A stretch of DNA of 64,000 bases, taken from Phycisphaerales bacterium. GTDB taxonomy: Bacteria; Planctomycetota; Phycisphaerae; WQYP01. This document shows, one piece after another, positions 20,707 to 31,543 of this stretch. The stretch is taken from the NCBI GenBank assembly GCA_027451365.1, contig DAIDJN010000041.1, positions 25,679 through 89,678 of the forward strand, in the 5' to 3' direction. The notes under the pieces were generated by a model. The model did no database searches, was not told the origin of the DNA, and worked only from the letters and a program-made list of their open reading frames with translations. The position numbers and the translations under genes were made by a program. Positions within the stretch are counted from its first letter, which is position 1. Every line of letters begins with the position of its first letter.

Positions 20707-21249
20707 ATTGTGTGGTTAATTATTTGACCACAGCAAACGCAAAGAGGCTGCATTGCCGTTGCGTTTTACTCGCGGGTTCTGGTGATCTCTTGAGAATGGC
20801 CTGAGAACTGCGCAGGACCTCTAGAAAGGGAGGCCCGCGATTGATCGAATTTATGGTGAGCAATCATTTGCTCTATATTTTGGCAAGACCGATTGGCCCT
20901 TCATTGGATGGGCATCTGGATCATGTCGAAGCCGAAAAACTATGGAGCCTCAACTGGAACAGCGGCTGGATTACCCGGGACCCCCCGCCCAGCGAAGTGG
21001 CAGATATGCCGTAGGTGTTAGGCCAATCCGGATCGCCTGCAACAGCAGCGGGTTGGCGCGACAGCGGAGTAATAGCTTGGATTGCGACGACTTGATTTTT
21101 GAAAAGGAGGTGGCAGACCAAAAATTTTTGTCTGGAACCGGCTTCCAGCTGGTTCGGTTTACGAGTTTGTCAGTTTCTCAATTCCATGTTTGTCGACCGC
21201 TGCGGTCGGCATGGAGAAGAGACCAATCATTTGTTTTACGGAGTAAGTT

Positions 21250-22020
21250 ATGAAATCCATGAAGAAAGCTTTTTTACTGGCAGCGGTTGCTGCCGGATGC
21301 GCTGCAGCCGGTTCAGCCCAGGCGGGTGTGGTTAACATCCAATTTTTGGTGACGGGTGGTAATACGGCCACGTCATTTAGTGGCAGCCAAGGCGCTTATA
21401 CGGGCGATGCCGTGGCGGCTCCGACTTGGAACGTCCTCAGCGTGGCGAACAACGCAAAAAGTGGCTCGACGAGCAATCTGATTGCCTCGAATGGCGCGGC
21501 GACCACCGAAGGCGTCAACTTCACCATGACCGGCGGTTATGTCAGCACTCCCACCACCGGATACGGCAATGGCGGCGGGACCAACGATCTCTTTCAGAGT
21601 TATATTTTAAACAACCCCGGAACCGGCACGGTCACGCTTACCGGTTTGGCTGATAGTGGAAGCTATCAGCTTTATCTGTATAGTGGGTCCGGCTCTTACA
21701 ATAATGCTGCAACCGATTTCGCCATCACCACTGGCAGTGGCAGCGTGGCCGCTGGCAGCAATGCCGGCGTAGCTAACGTGGCGAACGGGAACACCGGCTT
21801 TGCCGAAAATACCAACTACGTGATCTTCAACGCCACCGCAGATGGTACCGGTACCCTGGCAATAAGCTATACCGGGGCAGCGGGCAATGCTGAAGCCGAT
21901 ATCAACGGATTACAGCTCATCAGCGCCTCTAATGCGGTTCCTGAACCGGCCAGTTTGGGCTTGGTGGCTGCCGGCGCGTTAGGGCTTTTGTTAGTGAGCC
22001 GAAAACGCAAGACCGCCTGA
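21250..22020 (+). CDS. PEP-CTERM sorting-domain protein (exosortase substrate), Gly/Ser/Thr-rich
   Basis: GGAG RBS and a signal peptide (MKSMKKAFLLAAVAAGCAAAGSAQA), low-complexity G/S/T/N-rich body. C-terminal VPEPASLGLVAAGALGLLLVSRKRKTA is the PEP motif plus TM helix plus basic tail. Confidence 0.8.
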   Translation: MKSMKKAFLLAAVAAGCAAAGSAQAGVVNIQFLVTGGNTATSFSGSQGAYTGDAVAAPTWNVLSVANNAKSGSTSNLIASNGAATTEGVNFTMTGGYVSTPTTGYGNGGGTNDLFQSYILNNPGTGTVTLTGLADSGSYQLYLYSGSGSYNNAATDFAITTGSGSVAAGSNAGVANVANGNTGFAENTNYVIFNATADGTGTLAISYTGAAGNAEADINGLQLISASNAVPEPASLGLVAAGALGLLLVSRKRKTA

Positions 22021-22086
22021 AGCGGGGCCGCACAGGCTTCTCGGGGGCTACCCTGAAAGCCCCCAAAACCAAGCGACTCTTAATTT
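21996..22086 (+). repeat. 91-bp inverted-repeat copy B, overlapping the last 25 nt of the PEP-CTERM CDS and its 3' flank
   Basis: Reverse complement matches 17579-17669 with ~8 mismatches. Confidence 0.8.
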
Positions 22087-22104
22087 TGGTTAATCAAGAA
22101 TCCT

Positions 22105-22144
22105 GCAGCCTGGGCCAATTAAAAGGCCCGGGCTGCTTTTTTTT
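22105..22144 (+). terminator. rho-independent terminator downstream of the PEP-CTERM gene
   Basis: gcagcctgggcc-aattaaaa-ggcccgggctgc forms a 12-bp stem with one mismatch, followed by an 8-T run. Confidence 0.65.
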
Positions 22145-22762
22145 GCGATTTGTGATTTTGCCAGAGCCGTCGTCGCCTGGCTTGGCCGTTGGCGGTGCAG
22201 TCGGAGCGATGCTGCTGCTGATGAAGCGACGCGTGCGCACCGTCATCCGGTAATGCAGCAACATACCTATTGTTGATCTCTTTCGCGGGCGGGGGGCCGA
22301 ATATCGGCCCACCCGCCTGCTATTAGTGAGTGGAGTTGAATTCCTTTTCAGTGTTCAGGAGTATTATCAGCGGGCGGGCAAACCGGCCATTAACAGCGGG
22401 TGTTTTGGCCCCTTTAAACTCTGAATCTTTCGGTTTTGAAAAGCAAGGATTTTATGGATGTCACCTTGGCATCGACAGCATTGCGACCTCGCCCGGTCGC
22501 GGGGGCTACTCCATGCTTCTTCCACGAATGTTCTGCATCAGACTTCCATGCCCGACGATTCACTACCAGGGTATTTTCCCGGAGTTGATGGCAATTGCCA
22601 TAAACGGAGTAAACGAGGCGGCCCAGCCGATCGGGTATCAGCAAATCACGTTCGTATACATGGATATCATTACGCAATTTGCGTATTGACGAACTTAGAT
22701 TTGGCATTATAATCAATTTATGATTAAATATTTAACCACAAATAAGCGCAAATGGGACTTTA

Positions 22763-24403
22763 ATGTTCAAAGCGTTTGACGGGTTACGTGCGGGCAGCCT
22801 TCTAATCGCGGCGGGCACGGCAGTCGCCCTGATGATGATAACCGCTGGCCTCAGTGCGTCGGCGGCTGGCGTTCCGATCGCAACCCCCGTGCCGACGGCC
22901 ACCCTTTCCCGGACCTACTACATTAATGCCCTTACCGGTCGCAATGCCAATTCCGGTACCCGTAGAAATGCTCCCTGGCGAACACTGGCCCGTGTTAACA
23001 AGCAGATATTCAAGCCGGGAGATCGTGTCTTGTTTCGCGCGGGCGATGTCTGGCATGGTCAACTGAACTTACGCGGACAGGGCACAGCCGGAATGCCGAT
23101 CAGGGTGGATTCTTATGGCTCCGGTCCACTTCCGGTAATTAACATGGGCCGGACGACGGGGGCAGCAGTCAGTGTCATCAATGAAGGGTACTGGGAAATT
23201 CGTCATCTGTGCATGACCAGCACCGCCGACGTAACATCCCCCAAAGGACCAAGATTGGGCCTTCTGGTGAATTCAACCTGTCACCATATACTCCACCATA
23301 TTGTCATCGAGAATTGTCTGATACGCCATATCATCGGCGGCGTTTCCCACTATGACAGCGGCGGCATATTTGTCGGACTTAACGGATGGATATCTCGCAA
23401 TGCACCGTTTTCAACATACCGTGATGTAAAAATAAGCCACAACACCATCACCGATGTCGACCGTTGCGGCATCGTGGTCTGGACGCCCGCCAATAGCAAT
23501 TACTTTTATAATATGGCGAATTCCCAACACTTAACCGGCCCTTTGCTGGCGAGCCGGGACGTGGTGGTATCGCACAATCATTTAAGCAACCTGGGCGGTG
23601 ACGCCATTCTGGTGCTGGGCAGCGTCGGAGCCATGGTCGACTATAACCATGTCCATAACAGTTGTCTTAGGACGAAATTTGGTCAGCGCGGGAACCGTTA
23701 TTCGGCGGCGGTCTGGCTGCACAGTTGTTCGCGATCGGTGATGCAATTTAACAAGGTCTTTGACAGCCGTCCCCAGCCTGGCAACACGGACGCGGAAGCA
23801 TTTGATTTTGACTTCGGATGCCGACACTGCGTTTTGCAATACAACTTCAGTCAAGGCAACTGGGGTGGATTGTTGCTGATCATGGGCAGCGCCAAGGACA
23901 ACATCGTGCGTTATAACATCAGCGTCAACGACGTTCCGCCGCAGTATGCTTCCAATATTCCTGTCGCCGTCAGAAATGCCATGCCGGGAAGCGAGCATTT
24001 ATTGTATCTCCCAAGCCATGCGCAGAATAACAATCTCATTTATAATAATGATTTCTTTGTCAGTCGCGGCACGGGCGTGATTTACACCGGTGCTAAGCGC
24101 TTTGCAAACAACATATTTTATGCCGTTGGGAAGGGAATTTTCAGTACGAATGGCCCGGTAACGGCCGGACAGTTTGTCCACAACGATTATTTCGGTCCCT
24201 GGCAGGGGGTGCCCCCCTCGCCTAAAGCCAACCTGCAGGTGAATCCGGAGTTCGTTAATATCAGAGGACAAGATTTCCGCTTGCGTCAGGATTCCCCGCT
24301 TATCAATCGCGGCTTGGCGGTGCCGGATAATGGCAGACGGGATTATTTTGACCGAGCTTTGCAGCGCGGCACCAGCATTGGTGCGTCCCAGGGACTGCAA
24401 TAA
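22763..24403 (+). CDS. secreted right-handed parallel beta-helix (pectate-lyase fold) protein, probable polysaccharide-active enzyme
   Basis: Signal peptide and repeated beta-helix coil signatures (NxxxHN, ITDVDRCGIVVW, VVVSHNHLSNLGGDAI, VHNSCL). No family-specific catalytic motif assigned. Confidence 0.5.
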   Translation: MFKAFDGLRAGSLLIAAGTAVALMMITAGLSASAAGVPIATPVPTATLSRTYYINALTGRNANSGTRRNAPWRTLARVNKQIFKPGDRVLFRAGDVWHGQLNLRGQGTAGMPIRVDSYGSGPLPVINMGRTTGAAVSVINEGYWEIRHLCMTSTADVTSPKGPRLGLLVNSTCHHILHHIVIENCLIRHIIGGVSHYDSGGIFVGLNGWISRNAPFSTYRDVKISHNTITDVDRCGIVVWTPANSNYFYNMANSQHLTGPLLASRDVVVSHNHLSNLGGDAILVLGSVGAMVDYNHVHNSCLRTKFGQRGNRYSAAVWLHSCSRSVMQFNKVFDSRPQPGNTDAEAFDFDFGCRHCVLQYNFSQGNWGGLLLIMGSAKDNIVRYNISVNDVPPQYASNIPVAVRNAMPGSEHLLYLPSHAQNNNLIYNNDFFVSRGTGVIYTGAKRFANNIFYAVGKGIFSTNGPVTAGQFVHNDYFGPWQGVPPSPKANLQVNPEFVNIRGQDFRLRQDSPLINRGLAVPDNGRRDYFDRALQRGTSIGASQGLQ

Positions 24404-24456
24404 AAAGCTGCGCCAATTAACCGCGAATACTTACTGTTTTTTTAAAAAGGGAAATT

Positions 24457-25674
24457 TTGATGCTACCTTCCTGCTTCGCCCGACGGTCTCAAGGCATCGC
24501 CTATTACCCTCAATCACTGGCAAGTCGTGGCCATTCGGGCCGCCCACTCACCTTAGTCTGCCTGATTCTGATACTGCTGATGACCACCGGGGTACCTGCG
24601 GCTTTGCACGCGGCAGCCGCCAGTCGTAATTTTCTGGCTGGGGCGGATGTTTCGTATTTTGGCTACATCGAATCCCATGGCGGCGTTTACCGGTATAACC
24701 GCCGGCCGGTTGGATTGATTCAAGCCTTAAAGCAATCGGGCTGCAATTGCCTGCGATTGCGGCTGTGGCATCACGCGACGGCGCTTGAGAAATCACAATT
24801 TAGCAAACTGGGGACGCTCAATGATTTGGCGTATACATTGCCGCTGGCCCGGAAAATTAAGAAAGCCGGACTTTATTTTATTCTGGACATGCATTTTTCG
24901 GATACCTGGGCTGATCCCAGTGATCAGTTTACCCCGGCTGCCTGGCGGAATCTGCCGCTGCCCCAATTGCGTCTGCGACTGCGTGCGTATTGCCAACGCG
25001 TGATTACAACACTGCGGAAGGCCCACGCCATGCCGAATATGGTACTGGTGGGCAATGAGATTAATAATGGGATGCTTTGGCCGCAGGGAAAATTGTGGGT
25101 AAACCATAAGGCGCGGTGGAATCGCCTGTCGTCGCTTCTGAAGGCCGCAATCGCTGGTGTTTACGCGGGCAGTGGATCGCATAAACCCAAGATCATGATC
25201 CAGTTAGCCGATTCCTCGTATGCCCCGGAATTTTACCGACAGCTCATTGTCCATGGCGTGCATTTTGATGTGATCGGGTATGACTTTTATACCTATTGGG
25301 GCGGTACGCTAAAAAATCTGCGATCGCAACTTATTAAACTGGCTGATTCCGTGCACAAACCCATTATCGTTGCGGAAACGAATTATCCGTGGAGTAACGA
25401 CACGCACAGTGCCCATGAGAAATCCAAACCGGGAATGCAATTTCCGTTCACACCCGCGGGACAGGCGCAGTATGCACAAGCGGTAATCAACATCGTGAAA
25501 GCTTTGCCCGACCATCTGGGGCGGGGCGTCTGGTGGTGGGGATCGGAGTATAATCCGGATCAGAAGGACTTTGCGGATAATCCATGGTCTTATCGGTCTC
25601 TCTTCGACAAGCACGGCAACGCATTGCCGGCGGTGCGGGTTTTGGGGAGGGCGGCGCGCAATCAGGTCAAATAG
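24457..25674 (+). CDS. glycoside hydrolase family 53 arabinogalactan endo-beta-1,4-galactanase
   Basis: Signal peptide. GH53 blocks GADVSYF, HFSDTWADPSDQFTPAAW, catalytic acid in VGNEINNGMLWP, and nucleophile in IIVAETNYPW. AAAGGGA RBS. Confidence 0.75.
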   Translation: MMLPSCFARRSQGIAYYPQSLASRGHSGRPLTLVCLILILLMTTGVPAALHAAAASRNFLAGADVSYFGYIESHGGVYRYNRRPVGLIQALKQSGCNCLRLRLWHHATALEKSQFSKLGTLNDLAYTLPLARKIKKAGLYFILDMHFSDTWADPSDQFTPAAWRNLPLPQLRLRLRAYCQRVITTLRKAHAMPNMVLVGNEINNGMLWPQGKLWVNHKARWNRLSSLLKAAIAGVYAGSGSHKPKIMIQLADSSYAPEFYRQLIVHGVHFDVIGYDFYTYWGGTLKNLRSQLIKLADSVHKPIIVAETNYPWSNDTHSAHEKSKPGMQFPFTPAGQAQYAQAVINIVKALPDHLGRGVWWWGSEYNPDQKDFADNPWSYRSLFDKHGNALPAVRVLGRAARNQVK

Positions 25675-25707
25675 CGCCGTTATTTTTACGCTTTTAGTGT
25701 TGACAAT

Positions 25708-25736
25708 CCGATGTTTAAAATGCATAATAGGTTAAG
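25708..25736 (+). promoter_or_regulatory. candidate sigma70-type promoter upstream of the DUF1559 gene (TTGACA, 17-nt spacer, TGcATAAT extended -10)
   Basis: gtgTTGACAatccgatgtttaaaatgCATAATagg lies ~100 nt upstream of the 25842 start. Confidence 0.35.
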
Positions 25737-25841
25737 TATTTGTCCATCAATCGCGAGGTTTACAATGTTCGCACGGTTTTAAAGGCGCACGCATAAAAAA
25801 CTGTCGGCCTAATATATCTGTAACCTAAAAGGGATGTCGCC

Positions 25842-26732
25842 ATGAAATGCTACAGACGAGTTCAGATATCAAATAATAAATTGCGAATATCCGGGTTTAC
25901 GGTCGTGGAGCTTTTGACGGTTATTGCGGTTATCGTAATTCTAATTGCATTATTGCTGCCGGCTCTAAGGCAAGCCAGACTGCTCGCAAATCGAGTTGTT
26001 TGCGCTTCTAACCTGCGATCTATTGGCCTGGCGAACAGGATTTATTCAATCCAATACGATGGTTCATACCCACCGGTCGACATTGGCGTATGGCCAATGG
26101 ACGTGGGCTGGAATATCAACAGAAACCACTATGTTATCGGAAATGCGTCGGGACCTGCCATCTTATACAACACGGGCATTTTGCCCAACCCCGCAGTATA
26201 TTATTGCCCCGAATCCGGCATTTTTGACAACCCGGCCTACGTGAATACGTTGTATGGTATACCTATTACTCCCGGATCCCAAAGTTATGAGTATGCCGCC
26301 ATCAGCTATTGCTATTACGTGGGCCGAGGAGAAGGTGCTTTCGATTTCGACGGAAATGGCTGGGTCAAATTGATTGCAACAACGGGTTACGTGACAAATC
26401 CGACAACTCAGGCGGTTTATAACAACAACTATCTTGATCCACTGCATCCTTTCGCTCAGTCGCCAATCAGCAATCCGGCGACTATTGTCGCCTCAGACGT
26501 TATGGTCAGCCAGGGTAGCAGTTGGTTCTTCAATGCCAGTCTTTCCAACGGTGGCGCTCATGTGGCAAATGGAGTGATTGCACCTTGGTCCAATCATGTC
26601 ACAAGCGCCATCGGCGCACCCGATGGCGGCAATGATCTTTACAATGATTGCTCGGTTTCGTGGGTAGGTTTTCCCTTCCTCCAATGCCGTTACACCTACC
26701 CGGCCTCAAACCAGTTGAACTTCTGGCAGTAA
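25842..26732 (+). CDS. DUF1559 (H-X9-DG) protein with prepilin-type N-terminal cleavage/methylation domain
   Basis: N-terminus [30 protein letters not shown] is a class-III (type IV pilin-like) signal. The C-terminal HVANG...[15 protein letters not shown] matches the H-X9-DG tail. This family is hugely expanded in Planctomycetes and Verrucomicrobia. Confidence 0.7.
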   Translation: MKCYRRVQISNNKLRISGFTVVELLTVIAVIVILIALLLPALRQARLLANRVVCASNLRSIGLANRIYSIQYDGSYPPVDIGVWPMDVGWNINRNHYVIGNASGPAILYNTGILPNPAVYYCPESGIFDNPAYVNTLYGIPITPGSQSYEYAAISYCYYVGRGEGAFDFDGNGWVKLIATTGYVTNPTTQAVYNNNYLDPLHPFAQSPISNPATIVASDVMVSQGSSWFFNASLSNGGAHVANGVIAPWSNHVTSAIGAPDGGNDLYNDCSVSWVGFPFLQCRYTYPASNQLNFWQ

Positions 26733-26964
26733 GCACTCGCCCGCGAGCAATTCAACTTAATACGGGTTAATGCAGGGATTGTGCAGTAGTTTCTCCGCTC
26801 GCCTGGTGTCACACCCAGTCATAGTCGCCGGACTTCCTGGCCCCTTGCCACCGGCATCGCGGCCGGGATATCAGCGCGTGCCGCCCTGATGACCGCTGCA
26901 ATGTGGTGCACGGTGCACTGTGTACAATCGCTGTTCCATTGTGTGCGTTGGGAGCCGGCCCGGG

Positions 26965-27897
26965 CTATTTCCCAGCCTGGGCTGCCCGTGGCAGAAATTT
27001 CATTTTCTGGAGCCATGCTTTGCAGTCGGCGGGCCACTGAATTGAATCGGTACCGCCGCGCCCCATGCTGAACCCATGTTGTCCGTGTTTGAATTCGACA
27101 AACTTAACTGGAACATGCACCTGCTTAAGAGCCTTATAAAAATCGATGCTGTTGAGCGGGTTGACCACGTTATCGTCCGCAGCGCAGCAGATAAATGTCG
27201 GCGGCGTGAGCCTGCAGACCGTGAGTTCATTGGAATAATACCGATCCAGTTCCAGCGAAGCTTTGTGACCGAGCAGTTCATAATGCGACTGTGGATGCGT
27301 AAGCCCGGGCATCATGGAAATCACCGGGTAGCACAACACCAAAAAGTCGGGCCTGGTGCTGAAGCGGTTAAGCGGATCAGATGCACGGGGGTTGCCGGGC
27401 AGAAAGTGTGTGCCGGCCATGGCGGCCAGATGTCCACCGGCCGAGAAGCCCATCACGCCTATCCGATGGGGATTGATTTTCCACTTCCGTGCATTGGCTC
27501 GTAAAATCTGCACGGCGCGGCGCACATCCTGCAAGGGCAGCGGCACGCCATTCTTGGGCAGCCGCCTTAAGGGCAACCGGTACTTAAGCACAAAGGCACT
27601 CACGCCCAGGGAGTTCATCCACTGACCGGGTGCATACCCCTCACCGCCCATGACTTCATAGGCGTAGGCTCCGCCAGGGCAGATCACCACTGCCGTACCG
27701 TTGGGATGCGGTGCCAGCATAACTGTCAACGTGGGCCATTCATTGTTATTGGCGTTCTGCCACTTCCTGGGCACATTGAGTTTCGGCCAGACGGGAATAA
27801 TTTTTCGTACGGTCGCCGCATGCGTCGGCGCGGCCGGCAGTGCGATACAAAAGAAACCCAGTAAGCCAAGGCTCGCCAAAAAAGTACTTCGCGCCAT
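26965..27897 (-). CDS. secreted alpha/beta-hydrolase-fold esterase (acetyl esterase/lipase-like)
   Basis: AAAGGAG RBS before the ATG at 27897 and a signal peptide. Nucleophile elbow GFSAGGHLA (GxSxG). Oxyanion-hole region VVICPGGAYAYEV. Adjacent to a GH27-like gene. Confidence 0.65.
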   Translation of the reverse strand: MARSTFLASLGLLGFFCIALPAAPTHAATVRKIIPVWPKLNVPRKWQNANNNEWPTLTVMLAPHPNGTAVVICPGGAYAYEVMGGEGYAPGQWMNSLGVSAFVLKYRLPLRRLPKNGVPLPLQDVRRAVQILRANARKWKINPHRIGVMGFSAGGHLAAMAGTHFLPGNPRASDPLNRFSTRPDFLVLCYPVISMMPGLTHPQSHYELLGHKASLELDRYYSNELTVCRLTPPTFICCAADDNVVNPLNSIDFYKALKQVHVPVKFVEFKHGQHGFSMGRGGTDSIQWPADCKAWLQKMKFLPRAAQAGK

Positions 27898-27995
27898 ATT
27901 GAACTCCTTTGTAGGTTGATATTGAAAAAGCGTCATTTCCGCATCTTTCGGACGCGTCGCCGGCATGGCGCGCATCCTTGGCCGACCGCAGGCGC

Positions 27996-29381
27996 TTACC
28001 GCACCGGTTTTACATTCAGCAGGCGGCAGGCATGTGATTGCAACACCGTGCTAAACCCGTGGGCAAAGTTACCCAAGATTTTGTGCTGCCATAAATCTTT
28101 GACTGTGGCCGCGCCATGAAGCCCAAGTTGCCGCCAGCGAATGCTCGCCTTTCCGGTCTTCGGTCCCGTGTTAAAAAAGGCCACTGTATAAGTTCCATTG
28201 GCATTGGCTATACGCCAAACCATTTCCTGGGTGGCCAAGGTAAAGGGTGTGGCGGGGCGGCCAGCCTGATCAATAGCGATGACGGAGCGGTTAGTCATGA
28301 TCTTAAAATCAGTGGGATTCAAATGCGTTAAATCGGTGCCAAAATAAAGTGGCGCACAACTGATGCACCACAAGGTCATGGTTGTTTGTCGCTCGGCCAG
28401 GGTTAGGCCGTCGCGTTGGCCATTGCCCAACTCCAGTGAATCAAGGTCGTTCCAGCCGCCGGGACCGGCATATTTTGCCCAACTGCCCGAGTCATAAAAG
28501 CGTTGTTGCACGTTGTTCCACTTGGTAAAATCCTTACCGGTTTCAATATCGTAATCCACGCGCCAGCCGTTGGTATATTTTCGCCAGAAGGCGGCGTATT
28601 TAAAGCTCAGGCTGTTGGATAATTCATACCAGATGGGCCGGTGGGTATTGGCCAGGGCCTCTGCCCAATGGGCAATGTCCGGGCAATTGTTGGTATGCCT
28701 GAACCCCTGCACTCCGCCGCCCGGCCCCACAAAATCCATCTTGATAAAATCCACGCCCCAACGAGCCAGTAAATTGGCGCAGCTCTGGACGTAGGCCATT
28801 GCCCCGGGTTTGCTGTAGTCAATTTTGCGATAGCCGTGGCCCAGCGTGTTGCCGCTGCGATGGGGATAAGTGATGTCCGCAATGCGATAATGGGTACCAA
28901 ATATTTTACAGTTGGCACGGTAAAGACCCGGGCTGATGCCTGGGATCAGGTAGACGCCCAATTTAAGTTTGCGGGCGTGCAGCCACCGGGCCATGCCCGC
29001 CATACCGTCGGGAAATCGCTTTAAATTTGGCTTCGGACGGCCATATTTATCGAATCCTCCGCTCCAACCGGCATCAATATTCACATATCGATACCCGAAC
29101 GGAAGAAGCCGCTTTGCCAGCACGCGCGCCTGCGCCTTCACCTTGGCCTCGGTTGGATCACCTTGCAGGAAACTCCAACTGCTCCAGCCCATGTAGGGGC
29201 GCAAGGCCGGTTCGGCCTTCTTAAAAGTCGCGGCGTCCGATTGCGGCTGGAGGATCGTCGCAGTGGCGGCAACCGCAGCGGCATTGCCTGCCGCCACAAC
29301 CGCAATTGCCAGCAGTATCATCCAAACGATAAATCTATTTTGCATATGACCGGAATCCAAATTGAACAAATACTTGTGCAT
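27996..29381 (-). CDS. GH27-like glycosidase paralog (alpha-galactosidase superfamily) with DAGW substrate-pocket variant
   Basis: PYMGWSSWSF, GYRYVNIDAGWS, nucleophile region DFIKMDFVG, acid/base WRVDYDIE. Homologous along its length to 35675-37042. Start uncertain (29381 or 29345). Confidence 0.55.
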   Translation of the reverse strand: MHKYLFNLDSGHMQNRFIVWMILLAIAVVAAGNAAAVAATATILQPQSDAATFKKAEPALRPYMGWSSWSFLQGDPTEAKVKAQARVLAKRLLPFGYRYVNIDAGWSGGFDKYGRPKPNLKRFPDGMAGMARWLHARKLKLGVYLIPGISPGLYRANCKIFGTHYRIADITYPHRSGNTLGHGYRKIDYSKPGAMAYVQSCANLLARWGVDFIKMDFVGPGGGVQGFRHTNNCPDIAHWAEALANTHRPIWYELSNSLSFKYAAFWRKYTNGWRVDYDIETGKDFTKWNNVQQRFYDSGSWAKYAGPGGWNDLDSLELGNGQRDGLTLAERQTTMTLWCISCAPLYFGTDLTHLNPTDFKIMTNRSVIAIDQAGRPATPFTLATQEMVWRIANANGTYTVAFFNTGPKTGKASIRWRQLGLHGAATVKDLWQHKILGNFAHGFSTVLQSHACRLLNVKPVR

Positions 29382-29684
29382 ATTTTTAACCTTAGCTGCA
29401 CGCCAATATTCTGTCAAGATCAGCCTGCGTGAGGGGCGGGCTGACAGATGACCGATTGGACGGCCGAAATTTGTACCGTGGCGCACAGAAATATAAAAAA
29501 AACGACAAAAATGCGAATACGCGAATTATCGCACTTCGCAGTATACCCGTCATCGCGGCGGCCAACGCTGATCTCCCGGGGCGGATGCGGCAATGGCGTC
29601 AACTGGCTATTTGACGCCATTCATGAATGTTGGTAAAATACTGTACCAAGTGTGGATATTGGATTCATTTCATAAGGAATCGCA

Positions 29685-31010
29685 ATGCATTTAACTCGAA
29701 AGTCTATGCTTTATCGCCGCGGTGCCAAGATGCTCGGCGCAGGGATGCTGCTGATTGCGCTGGTGACGGGCGCGGGCCAATCTGTGGCCGCCGCAGCGAC
29801 CAATGCAAGCTGGTGGTCACACGATCGGTTTGGCATTTTTATTCACTGGGGGCTTTACGCCCTGCCAGCCCAAGGCGAATGGTACATGAATAACGGCCAT
29901 ATTCCTCGCAAAGTTTATGCGAAATATGCCAAATCGTTCGATCCGGTGGATTTTAACGCCAATACGTGGGTTTCAATTTTCAAAAAGGCCGGTGCTGGTT
30001 ACGTGGTGTTTACGACCAAGCACCATGACGGCTTCTGCATGTTTAAGACAAACGCTACCAAATATAATGTCGTAGATGCAACGCCGTGGCATTCCGACCC
30101 AACTGCCGCGCTGGCGGCCGCTTGCAAAAAATATGCGCTGCGCTTCTGCACCTATTATTCGGTGATGGACTGGCATTCCCGCGATCAGCGTGCGGCCCAT
30201 CCCAGCCCGACGCATCCCACGTACGATCCTACTATCCTCCCGCCTGATCGCAATGCCGCGTATGTCAAGTACATGCGACGCCAGATTCATGAGCTGGTTC
30301 GGCAGTATCACACCAATTTATTCTGGTTTGATGGCGGCTGGATTACGGGATGGACCAAGGCCGATTCGCTCAATATTTATAACTATATCAAGAGTTTGAA
30401 TCCGAATATTCTGGTCAACGACCGGTTAGGCAACGGGGTGGGCGATTATGGCACACCCGAGCAGCATATTCCTCCCCAGGGGCTGCCCGGCCACTGGGAA
30501 ACCTGCATGACCATCAACAGCGACTGGGGCTACTGCCGCACTGACCACAATTGGAAATCGGTTGCAACACTGATTACGAACCTGATTCACTGTGCCAGCG
30601 GCGGCGGGAACTTTCTGCTGAATGTCGGCCCCAATGCCAAGGGCATTATTCCACAGCCTGAAGTGGATCGGCTGCTGGCGATGGGCAAGTGGCTCAAAGT
30701 GAACGGAACTGCTATTTATGGCACGCATCGCACACCGTTTAAGGAGAAACTGCCCTTTGGCTACGCCACGCAGAAGCCCGGCAGGTTGTTTCTTGAAATA
30801 ACCCATTGGCCTGCGGATCATCGCATTACTGTGCCGATGCGCAGTAAAATCATCTCGGCTAATATGCTTACCGCGCCGAACGATGCACTGCGGGTTGCCG
30901 CATCGGCTGGCGGGCAAATAATTGAATTGCCGCCAACCGCGCCCGATAAAATTGCCAGCGTCGTGGTATGTCATGTTGCAGAACCGATAGAACCCACCGT
31001 GACAAAATAA
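29685..31010 (+). CDS. glycoside hydrolase family 29 alpha-L-fucosidase
   Basis: Signal peptide. GH29 signature DRFGIFIHWGLYALP, and WHSDPT, FWFDGGW blocks. AAGGAA RBS. Confidence 0.8.
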   Translation: MHLTRKSMLYRRGAKMLGAGMLLIALVTGAGQSVAAAATNASWWSHDRFGIFIHWGLYALPAQGEWYMNNGHIPRKVYAKYAKSFDPVDFNANTWVSIFKKAGAGYVVFTTKHHDGFCMFKTNATKYNVVDATPWHSDPTAALAAACKKYALRFCTYYSVMDWHSRDQRAAHPSPTHPTYDPTILPPDRNAAYVKYMRRQIHELVRQYHTNLFWFDGGWITGWTKADSLNIYNYIKSLNPNILVNDRLGNGVGDYGTPEQHIPPQGLPGHWETCMTINSDWGYCRTDHNWKSVATLITNLIHCASGGGNFLLNVGPNAKGIIPQPEVDRLLAMGKWLKVNGTAIYGTHRTPFKEKLPFGYATQKPGRLFLEITHWPADHRITVPMRSKIISANMLTAPNDALRVAASAGGQIIELPPTAPDKIASVVVCHVAEPIEPTVTK

Positions 31011-31543
31011 TCCTGCCAGTACGAGGTCCATACCGTTGCCCAAAAATACATGTTGCATATGTATCCCATTTGTACACGGCGGCTGCGGACGGACGTGCTG
31101 CGATTTGCGGTTGTTGTATAAAAGGCCAAATGGCAACTGTGCTTCGGAGATTGGTAATGCTTTTGCCATCGGCAATTGACCTGCGGATGATGGGGTGTCT
31201 ATGTGATTTGGCAAATTGAATTTCCGGAATATTCATCGGCAGCGACTGATACTGGTCGGCGACTGCTGGCCGCTTGGAACCTAAATATCGGACTCTTCGT
31301 GCAAAAGAGCCAGTTGGTTATGGCCTTGCCGATTAGCCAAACTTGCGGCAATTTCAGCGCACTTGGCAGAAGGGCGCATACCTTGCCGTGCAGGCTTCAA
31401 GGTTCCACGGCCATTCCATGGTAAACGATTCTCAAGAAAGTAGTGCGCAAATGCTTGTTTCATGCAATAACCGCGAGTACAAATCGTTTTAACACTATTG
31501 AGCCGGGCGGCCCATTGCTTCGTTTTTTTGGAGATGTCTTTTT

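Noticed and set aside
20942-21253. 103-aa plus ORF in the leader of the PEP-CTERM gene
   Set aside because: No RBS or motifs, and it ends at the PEP-CTERM start. More likely untranslated leader, though a regulatory uORF cannot be excluded.
30426-31214. 262-aa and 122-aa minus-strand ORFs overlapping the fucosidase 3' half
   Set aside because: Antisense to a GH29 gene with unambiguous family motifs. No independent support.
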